48,112 bases of DNA from Tubiluchus corallicola (lineage: Eukaryota; Animalia; Priapulida): contig JAQGDQ010001308.1 of the NCBI GenBank assembly GCA_030141605.1, positions 1-48,112 on the forward strand, given 5' to 3'. The notes under the pieces were generated by a model. That model had not been told where the DNA came from. It made no database searches and saw only the letters and a list, made by a program, of their open reading frames with translations. Position numbers and translations under genes: made by a program. Below, piece by piece: positions 39,168 to 48,112 of this stretch; position 1 is the stretch's first letter, and every line of letters begins with the position of its first letter.

Positions 39168-39330
39168 GATGACCGAAGTTAAGCAACACCAAACCTAGTT
39201 AATAAATGGATAAGTGTATCAAATGTGAAAAAATTAATTATGCTTTGCAGTGAAAATGTGTTACAAGGTAAATGGCCGAGTGATGACCAAAGTTAAGCAA
39301 CACCCAGCCTAGTTAATAAATGGATAAGTA
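39168..39330 (+). pseudogene. Two degenerate 5S rRNA-derived segments, 114-bp period
   Basis: GATGACCGAAGTTAAGCAACACCAAACCTAGTTAATAAATGGATAAGTG is colinear without gaps with the invertebrate 5S internal control region as recalled (GATCACCGAAGTTAAGCAACGTCGAGCCCGGTTAGTACTTGGATGGGTG). Confidence 0.65.
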
Positions 39331-40071
39331 TATAAAATTTGACGATATCATAGTTCTCAGTGAAGATTTGTTAATAACTGGATGAATGGCTACCAAGAAG
39401 TCTTCTTCCAGGTTGCTTCATCAGCTGTACCTCCTTCGGTTTTGTGGTGAAGACACATGCTGGTTCAGTGCCTCGTCCTAGACACCGAACCCTGCCTTAT
39501 AGTTTACATTAATTAGTCTGTCACGGAGTGCTGCATTTGTAAAAACTTCTAGGGGAACACTGAAGGACCCAAGGGGGTGTTATTGAGGGCAGTGGCGGCT
39601 TATAGTTAAAAAAACTGGACGTGCTGCTTCAGAAAATTTTGAGCAGTTGTTTAACACTGTATGAAACGATACTAAAATATTAAATTTTACTGTTGTAATT
39701 GTAATTTTAAACAAACAAACATATGAAAATTTGTACATAAACAAAACAAAATATTTTTGCTTATAAATAGCCTATACTGTCACAGTTCAAGCTTGATCCA
39801 TTCACAGTAAGCATGTGACAACTTACAACAAACTGCGTGAGTGGCAGTACTTTCTCTCCTTGGGCTCACGCGTATTTGAAGCGGTGTAATATTGAGTGAA
39901 AATAGGGGGTGCTGCAGTTCCACAGTGCCTATACACAAGCTGTCATTGATTGAGGGGGAAGGAAGCAACTACCCCCCCCCCCAATAAAAACTGCTTTCTC
40001 TTTGATAAGATTTTTATGGCTGCACCACTGGCCAAGGCCTTCTTGTTTACTAAAAATAATTTTTTTTCTAG

Positions 40072-40229
40072 ATTATAATAATCGCGAACATTGGCGGGGC
40101 GGATACGACGACAGTCGTCGTGGCAACCACTCCACAAATTACAGACGACCAGCAGATAGCTATAGCGACAGAGATCGAGATGGACCTCAGCGTCGCCGTG
40201 GCAACGACGAGTTTTCTAGCAGATATCAG
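40072..40229 (+). CDS. Penultimate coding exon (158 nt, phase 1-0)
   Basis: tttttttctag|AT...TATCAG|gtaagg; DYNNREHWRGGYDDSRRGNHSTNYRRPADSYSDRDRDGPQRRRGNDEFSSRYQ. Confidence 0.88.
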
Positions 40230-40954
40230 GTAAGGGCATTTAAAAGTAAATGTTTACTAATGTGGCTATAGACAAGAAGTGTAGTTTCAGTTGACTCTGC
40301 TCTGCAAGATAAACCTTCCCTTCAATGCTGCATGATTTGTCTATTTTTGTGAGTTAGAAATCTACGACACACCATTCTTACCTTGAAGTAAAACGGTGTG
40401 TCATAGATTTCTAACTCACAATAGTAGACAAATCATGCAGCATCCAAGGGAAGGTTTCTCAGAACACTTTATCTTACAGAGCAGAGTTTTTCAAGGGTGT
40501 TGTCGCTTATGTAATTTCTTTAAAATTAGTTCCCAATGGAGACGGTTTGGTGATTCATCACAAATTTCTGGTTTCGGCCAAATACGGGCACTTTTCATAC
40601 TACATCTTAGTCGCTCAGTCTCGGTTAAATCATAAAATTTTTGCAGTGGACTTTGGGAACCAAAACTAGCATAATCAGTTTCCGGTAAACCATGCTGAAA
40701 ACATACACTTCTAATTAAAAAATTGACATTGGTTGATTTTAACGAAAAATAATACATTTTAGCTTAAAAAACAGCAAATTCGTACAATACTTATACGTGC
40801 TTATAATGTTGGTTTATGACCTTTAGGGGCCCTTAAACTAATGAAATTATGAGACACCTTAGAGGGAGCCACCCTCTTTTGCTGGCACTCGATTCGAATA
40901 TTTTTTACTTGTGATATATTTCAGCAACATTTGCGTAGCTGATGGCCCCAGACT

Positions 40955-41100
40955 TCAAATAAAGGGCTTCAAAGAAGGGGTCCTTATCTCAAATAAAGGG
41001 CTTCAAAGAGGGACTCTTCTCTCAAATAAAGGGCTTCAAAGGGGGCCCTTACCTCAAATAGAGCGCCTCAAACAGGGATCCTTTATATCAAATGAGGAGC
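40955..41100. repeat. ~33-bp degenerate minisatellite x5
   Basis: TCAAAT at 40955, 40989, 41022, 41054, 41088. Confidence 0.75.
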
Positions 41101-42044
41101 CACTTGAAAATTAGATTTTCGGGCTTCCTGACCTCCCTATGAATGCATAGTATGTCTCACCCCACCCCCAAGCTTCATGGTCCTTAAGCTGCGCCTATAC
41201 TAGCCTGTAGTGTCCTCGAGCCCTGCTTATAATGTCGCGAGCATACCAAAGACCGGGTGTTAGTTAATGTCGATTTTTTGCAGAAAAAAACTGCCCGCTC
41301 TTTTAGTTTCTTTATAAAAGTAATTTTCCGTTTTTCTGACCAAGTTGGCAGCGTTCACCGGTGCAGACTGACCACATGTGGACAGACAAAACCGCACATT
41401 CATTCCAGTGCCATTGTGCGTAACAGCCGTTACTTAATTGTAGGATGTAAGCCATCTCACCCCCCCCCTCCCCCAGGGAGAGACAAATTTGGTGTATTTT
41501 CAATTCACCCCCTCCGCTAAGCACGTTCACTTTACCGTGGCATGAACGCCCAGCACGGTAGAGCTAAGTGACTTGTGTTCCTGTATCCCACAAATGTTAA
41601 CTGCTGAACAATACCAGCCTGCAATATCATAGCGTTTAGACTGACCCCTTCTATTCACTTGCCCACCATGGGAGAGGTGTGAACCGAGCCTTACAATGCA
41701 TCTACTTATACCGATACTATTATTAGGGCACCGGGGTAGCGGGGAAATCATTTTCTACCCGGTTGTGTTCGGGTACTCGACTTTTGCAGGTGTTTGACTG
41801 GGTGAAATTTTACAGTAATGAAGCAGTTTTGCAGACCAAAAATTATTTATTATTTATTAGTATTCTATATTGCTAAAATGTTACATACAGTGTAAACATA
41901 AAATTAAAATCATGTTTTCATTAAAACTAGGTTACTTAAAATCATAATTACATTAAAACTTGTACGTAACCAGTTTAGAAAAACTAGTAAAAGCAATAAT
42001 CATTCACTTAAAATTAGATTAAAACTATATAGAAATTAATTGGA

Positions 42045-43440
42045 AAATTTACAAAATGTACACAATACAATACAAAATGCAAAAACATTAAGAACAGATC
42101 GAAAATATACATGATTACAAATAGAAAAGAAATTTACAAAATGTACGCAATATAATCCAAAATGGAAAATACATTAAGAACAAATTGAAAATATACATGA
42201 TTACAAATAGAAAAGAAATTTACAAAATGTACACAATATAATCCAAAATGGAAAATACATTAAGAACAAATTGAAAATATACATGATTACAAATAGAAAA
42301 GAAATTTACAAAATGTACACAATATAATCCAAAATGGAAAATACATTAAGAACAAATTGAAAATATACATGATTACAAATAGAAAAGAAATTTACAAAAT
42401 GTACACAATATAATCCAAAATGGAAAATACATTAAGAACAAATTGAAAATATACATGATTACAAATAGAAAAGAAATTTACAAAATGTACACAATATAAT
42501 CCAAAATGGAAAATACATTAAGAACAAATTGAAAATATACATGATTACAAATAGAAAAGAAATTTACAAATTGTACACAATATAATCCAAAATGGAAAAT
42601 ACATTAAGAACAGATCGAAAATATACATGATTACAAATAGAAAAGAAATTTACAAAATGTACACAATATAATCCAAAATGGAAAATACATTAAGAACAAA
42701 TTGAAAATATACATGATTACAAATAGAAAAGAAATTTACAAAATGTACACAATATAATCCAAAATGCAAAAACATTAAGAACAAATCGAAAATATACATG
42801 ATTACAAATAGAAAAGAAATTTACAAAATGTACACAATATAATCCAAAATGGAAAATACATTAAGAACAAATTGAAAATATACATGATCACAAATAGAAG
42901 AGAAATTTACAAAATGTACACAATATAATACAAAATGGAAAATACATTAAGAACAAATTGAAAATATACATGATCACAAATAGAAGAGAAATTTAGAAAA
43001 TGTACACAATATAATATAAAATGGAAAATACATTAAGAACAAATTGAAAATATACATGATCACAAATAGAAAAGAAATTTACAAAATGTACATAATATAA
43101 TACAAAATGGAAAATACATTAAGAACAAATTGAAAATATACATGATCACAAATAGAAAAGAAATTTACAAAATGTACACAATATAATACAAAATGCAAAA
43201 ACATTAAGAACAAATTGAAAATATACATGATCACAAATAGAAAAGAAATTTACAAAATGTACACAATATAATCCAAAATGGAAAATACATTAAGATCAAA
43301 TTGAAAATATACATGATCACAAATAGAAAAGAAATTTACAAAATGTACATAATATAATACAAAATAGAAAAAACATTAAGAACAATTTTAAAATATACAT
43401 GATCACAAATAGAAAAGAAATTTACAAAATGTACAAAATA
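42045..43440. repeat. 86-bp A-rich satellite, ~16 copies, intronic
   Basis: ATTTACAAAATGTAC at 42047, 42132, 42218, 42304 and onward. Confidence 0.97.
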
Positions 43441-44117
43441 CACAACAGATTGACATTGAGAAATTTGATTTAGATAAAAGCACTCAGTAGTTTTTGCAGA
43501 AGAAAGTATTTATGCAAAGTTACCCAATACTTATGCTAAGAATTTCGGTTCATTGCAGTTTCGGCTTTCGATACTAACTATTATATATAATTTTATCACT
43601 CTTAGCTTGTATGAATACAATGTTTAAGTAGAGTAGCTTTTAGTTTACTTTTACAAGAGCTGACAGTTTGGGCTGTTTTAACATCAGCTTATACAGTCTT
43701 ATAGGCAGTTTATTCAGTGATTGATGTCCAAATTTATCACTTGTCTGTATTTGTTTTAAATTCATTGTTTGACTTTTTAATTGCTTGCAGGAAATAAATG
43801 GAATATTATTATTTATAAATGCCTTTAGAGATGTTATGTAAATATTTGTGTAGGAACCAGAGTTTATTATATCGTGACAGTTTTCTTCTGTTAGAATAAT
43901 TTTGCTTGTGTTTTTACTTGAAGAGCCGAGACTGCCTCTTATGGCCCAACAATAAGAGTAGACACTTGATTAACTTTAATTAAACGATTTGCCACATGCA
44001 TTGTTTAAATTATCAAAACAACAAAAAATAAAAGACAAATTCGTGGATGGTAAACTTTTGTTCTTTGTTACAAAACACATATTTCAAAATCCATTGTGGG
44101 TTTTGTCATCATCCCTA

Positions 44118-44749
44118 GAGTCACACATCGTTTGACTTGACCCTCCTGATCACTCTACTCCATGTTCCCTGTCACCCGCAACCTCCCATGTCTCTGGAGT
44201 CACACATCGTTTGACTTGACCCTCCTGATCACTCTACTCCATGCTCCCTGTCACCCGCAACCTCCCATGTCTCTGGAGTCACACGTCGTTTGACTTGACC
44301 CTTCTGATCACTCTACTCCATGCTCCCTGTCACCCACAACCTCCCATGTCTCTGGAGTCACACGTCGTTTGACTTGACCCTTCTGATCACTCTACTCCAT
44401 GCTCCCTGTCACCTGCAACCTCCCATGTCTCTGGAGTCACACAGCGTTTGACTTGACCCTCCTGATCACTCTACTCCATGCTCGCTGTCACCCGCAACCT
44501 CCCATGTCTCTGGAGTCACATGGCATTTGACTTGACCCTCCTGATCACTCTACTCCATGCTCCCTGTCACCCGCAACCTCCCATGTCTCTGGAGTCACAC
44601 GGCATTTGACTTGACCCTCCTGATCACTCTGCTCCATGCTCGCTGTCACCCGCAACCTCCCATGTCTCTGGAGTCACACGTCGTTTGACATGACCTTCCT
44701 GATCACTCCACTCTATGCTCCCTGTCACCCGCAACCTCCCATGTCTCTG
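44118..44749 (-). repeat. 79-bp minisatellite x8 derived from the 3' end of the adjacent LINE ORF2
   Basis: Period 79; on the - strand the first unit continues the LINE reading frame (...DIKNTETWEVAGDRE). Confidence 0.9.
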
Positions 44750-45269
44750 TATTTTTGATATCAAATGGTGTGTTAATAAGATCCTATTGGATGAAATTGA
44801 TGTAAGTCAGCAGCTGTCCTCCTTGTGGTTTCTTTTCTTTCTGCAGTGCTTCTTTAAAAGTAAAAGTTGATTTTAATGGACTGTCATCTGGTAGTCGTAT
44901 AACATGTCCTATCCATCTTAATCTTCTCCTTTTAATTTTAATTGTCCATTCCTCTGTCTTGACTTTATTATACAGATCCTGTTTTGATATTTTCTTTGGC
45001 CATTTTATTCCTAGAATGTTCCTGTAGTTTCTTCTTTGAAATGCATCAATTTCTGATTCGTGTTGTGCTTTGATTGTCCATAATTCTGAATTATAAAAAA
45101 ACACAGTTTCCATAAGTGCAGCAAAGATTCTTAATTTTGTTTCTAAACTGATCCTCTCACTTTCGAAAGTTTTTGTTAATTTGGAATATGCAGGTTGTGC
45201 TAAGATTTTTCTTCTTGATATATCTTCATCTGTTGCTAGAAGACAGTCTAAGCATTTACATTTCCTCCG
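44750..45269 (-). mobile_element. RTE-clade LINE, 5'-truncated ORF2 fragment
   Basis: KCKCLDCLLATDEDISRRKILA...KLRIFAALMETVFFYNSELWT...IDAFQRRNYRNILGIKW...IKRRRLRWIGHVIRL is the typical post-RT region of RTE-like LINEs. Confidence 0.9.
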
Positions 45270-45599
45270 CGCTTTCATCATCATTGTTACTATGTGGGCA
45301 ATATGGCACACCTTGAAATAGCAGATAGAAGATGAAACCCTAGCAGAAAAGTGCCCTCCCCACGTCCAGCATGAGAACCTCCAAAAACCCCAATGACCAA
45401 TTACACTAAAATCAAAGAAGTATGCACACAAATAGGAATTTAACAGATACAGTCATATTACAAACATCTACTGAATTTTTGGATATAGAATAAACCACCA
45501 ACTATTTATGTTCTGAGAGTTTTCTAAATCGTTGTGGTTCTTAATGTTGGGATAGAATAGAATTTTAACCAAAAAAAAGAAAAACTTAAAATGGTTTTG

Positions 45600-45672
45600 A
45601 CTGAACCTGGATTTGAACCAAACAGTTTTGGTGGAACTGTTGTTTGGCGTATTCGATATCATTCAGCCATCG
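45600..45672 (-). mobile_element. tRNA-like Pol III promoter relic
   Basis: A box TGGCTGAATG (45660-45669) and B box GGTTCAAATCC (45609-45619) on the - strand. Confidence 0.4.
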
Positions 45673-45911
45673 AGAGATTTTCTGAATGCACTCAAGATTT
45701 ATCTTTTTAAATTTTCAAAAATAAAAAGCAGAAATTTATTTCTAAATATATGGAAGTAATATTAAATTAGAAAGTCTAAAAAAGGTTTTGCACCTTAACT
45801 GAAACACGAACTCATGCCTTAGGCTTTTCATTTAGCTCAGCTTGTGAACAAATAATTGATGTTTCTCCCCAAACAATGTTTTGTTTTTATCCTTTTGTTA
45901 TAATTTTGCAG

Positions 45912-45971
45912 GTTAATCAGCGAAGATTTCCGCCCCCGCCACCATCCAGCTACTACAGTCGAAGATACTAA
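45912..45971 (+). CDS. Terminal coding exon VNQRRFPPPPPSSYYSRRY*
   Basis: Long T-rich tract ...ttttgcag|GTT; phase 0 matches the upstream donor; TAA at 45969-45971; composition continues that of the previous exons. Confidence 0.82.
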   Translation, partial: VNQRRFPPPPPSSYYSRRY

Positions 45972-46133
45972 CAAAAAAATTGTACAACAAAATTAGCACA
46001 TCATTTCATGAATGACAATTTTTCCAGTGAACTAGGCTTAATTGATATGGCCAACCTGCTAATATTAAAAAAAATCATAAACTCTAGCTTACCAGAAGGC
46101 GATGCCATTTGAACTGTCTGAATTTTATTTCAT

Positions 46134-46169
46134 AATAAACTTGATTATCATAATTTATTGTGTAATAAA
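46134..46169 (+). terminator. Polyadenylation signals (AATAAA x2)
   Basis: AATAAA at 46134 and 46164, ~165-195 nt after the stop, followed by T/GT-rich sequence. Confidence 0.6.
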
Positions 46170-46429
46170 ACTGTTGTGCTTGTATACTTGTACATACATA
46201 ACAATAATGAAATTTTTACTGCTTTCGTGTAAGTTTTTTTAGGCCGTGTGTTGAAGTGGGCGGGGATATTCATGAGGCTCAAATGGGGCGGGTTATAATT
46301 CCTTCATGTTACGTGTTACTCAAGTAGAAGAAAGAAAATTGTCTTAAATTATCTATGTTTTTTGATGTAGTTACTCTTTATATATATAGGTTGTCACAAA
46401 TCTGTGTAATTTTTCTGTATTTTTGTCTG

Positions 46430-47040
46430 TGAGCTCAGTCGCTTTGTTTGAAAGTCATAGATATGTTTTTGTTATGTCAGTACTAATCAGCTGTTGCCAA
46501 AGTCAGTGGCTGAGCTTGCGGGTCATAGATATTCTTTTATTATGCCAGTGTTCATGGACTGTTGTTGAAGGTAGTGACTGAGCTAGTAGATCACAGAGCT
46601 GTGCCTTTGTTATATCAACGTTTATGAACCGTTCTTAAAGATCGTGGCTGAGCTTTCACATCATAGATATGCTTTTAGTATGTCAATGCTCATGGGCTGT
46701 TGTTGAAGATAGTGACTGAGCTCGCAGGTCACAGATATGCTTTTATTATGTCAGTGTTCGTGAGCTGGTGTTAAAATCAGTGGCTGAGCTCGCAGGTCAT
46801 AGATATGCTTTTAGTATGTCAATGCTCATGGGCTGTTGTTGAAGGTAGTGACTGAGCTCGCAGGTCACAGATATGCTTTTATTATGTCAGTGTTCGTGAG
46901 CTGGTGCTAAAATCAGTGGCTGAGCTCGCAGGTCATAGATATGCTTTTAACATGTCAGTGTTCATGAGCTCTTGTTGAAGGTAGTGACTGAGCTGGCAGG
47001 TCATAGATATCCTTTCATCATGTCAATGTTTATGAATAGT
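46430..47040. repeat. 68-bp minisatellite, ~9 copies, with a 136-bp dimer structure
   Basis: TGAGCT at 46717, 46785, 46853, 46921, 46989; alternate units are more alike. Confidence 0.9.
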
Positions 47041-47410
47041 TGTTATCTGCTTTGCTAAAGGTCATTGCTAAAGGGTCAAGGTCAAAGGTCCGTTAAACAT
47101 TCACACCTTGGCAAAGGTTTGTTCGTTTTCCTGAAGTTAATGTATTATATATGCGGTTTTACTTCTTCCTGTCTGGGTATTTGTAACTTCGGTGACTCTG
47201 TGTAACTTCTGTGTTTTCTTATTGTTTGTTTGTTTGTTTATTTGTTTGTTTGCTCATTGCCATTTTCGTTTTTATTGATTTATTAGTCCCTAATTGTTTA
47301 TTTTTTGTTTGATATTGTAGATTTTTTACAAATTTATCAAAGAAACATTTACCTGCCTGTTAAATACCTGTGGGTGTTTACAAAAACAAGAAAACTCGCG
47401 CCGTGTACAC

Positions 47411-47447
47411 TGACGTCAGTCCAATACGCCAGCGTTGCCATGGTAAC
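47411..47447. promoter_or_regulatory. CRE (TGACGTCA), CCAAT and RFX X-box (GTTGCCATGGTAAC) cluster
   Basis: Three consensus motifs within 37 bp in a CpG-containing patch. Confidence 0.5.
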
Positions 47448-47705
47448 GAAAATTGTTGCTACTTTGTAATGTGCCAACATTTGACCGTGCTGCAGCGTCG
47501 CATTTTTTTGTAATTTTAATCGATCGTAATAAATGTCGGATTTCTGATGGATGTAGATATTTTGATGTAAACATTGATTGATTATTGATTATGAAAATAA
47601 ACTAATCAGAAACCAATCGTAAAATCTTGTTTACCTATTGTTGTTATCATTGATTTATCCATATTTGGAAAATAGTTGTAATTACATCAAATGAAGTTTG
47701 TTTGG

Positions 47706-47751
47706 TTTTGAACAAACTGTTCATTGTCAAGGCATCTAAAACAAAGAAATT
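47706..47751 (+). mobile_element. Fold-back family B, terminal fragment
   Basis: AACAAACTGTTCATTGTCAAGGCATCTAAAACAAAGAAATT is identical to 7279-7319. Confidence 0.75.
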
Positions 47752-47799
47752 AAACCAGAATTAAAAACAATAGTTTAATTTTACTGCAATGCCACTTAC

Positions 47800-47844
47800 C
47801 TGCTTCATATCTTTTTGTATTCAAGGCTTGCGTCGGCAGTAACT
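47800..47844 (-). other. Candidate 45-nt exon on the - strand
   Basis: ACTAAT branch point, ...ttttgtacag|AGTTAC...AAGCAG|gtaagt. Confidence 0.35.
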
Positions 47845-48112
47845 CTGTACAAAATGTAACTATTTTCAATTAGTGGAAAACTTGACGATTGTGTAAACAT
47901 GAGTTCAGAATAAAGAATGCTCTAAAATATTGAAAACTACAATAGCTTATTTTAAGTCAAAGCTTAGATTAAATAATAATTACCTCGGACACTCAAATTT
48001 CGTTAAACTTTCAAAGCTGCGCGCGTCTCAGTGAATCTAATAAGATTGGCAGCGGCGCTTTTTCGTCACATTCACGTGGCCGACAAATAAAAGGCGGTAC
48101 CGTGATAACCAT

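Noticed and set aside
39166-39260. Intronic C/D snoRNA (box C GTGATGA)
   Set aside because: No properly placed box D or terminal stem; better explained as 5S-derived.
39590-40030. hAT-like MITE (CAGTGG...CCACTG)
   Set aside because: TIR is very short and there is no 8-bp TSD.
45270-45431. N-terminal part of the 215-aa ORF as a host gene
   Set aside because: Non-ATG start and no homology; only the downstream LINE-derived part is meaningful.

Overview
AT-rich eukaryotic genomic DNA, most likely from an invertebrate animal (GT-AG introns, abundant ATC/AAT/GTA microsatellites, animal-type transposon relics). There are no prokaryotic features and no CRISPR array. The only well-supported protein-coding sequence is the last three exons of a + strand gene (38959-39135, 40072-40229, 45912-45971; AATAAA at 46134 and 46164). 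These encode a low-complexity G/R/Y/P-rich C-terminus ending RRFPPPPPSSYYSRRY*, tentatively XRN2-like. No convincing large coding exon was found in the first ~39 kb, which may be one giant intron. That stretch holds motif-rich, enhancer/promoter-like islands and many repeats. The repeats across the window include fold-back elements (two built around Penelope-type minimal hammerhead cores), a five-copy TTAA-ending MITE family, two RTE-clade LINE fragments, a Gypsy relic, a solo LTR, tRNA- and 5S-derived fragments, and more than ten minisatellites. Several minisatellites visibly grew out of an adjacent element: a LINE ORF2 C-terminus, a fold-back arm and a 3' splice site. All calls were made by eye; family names need confirmation by database search.
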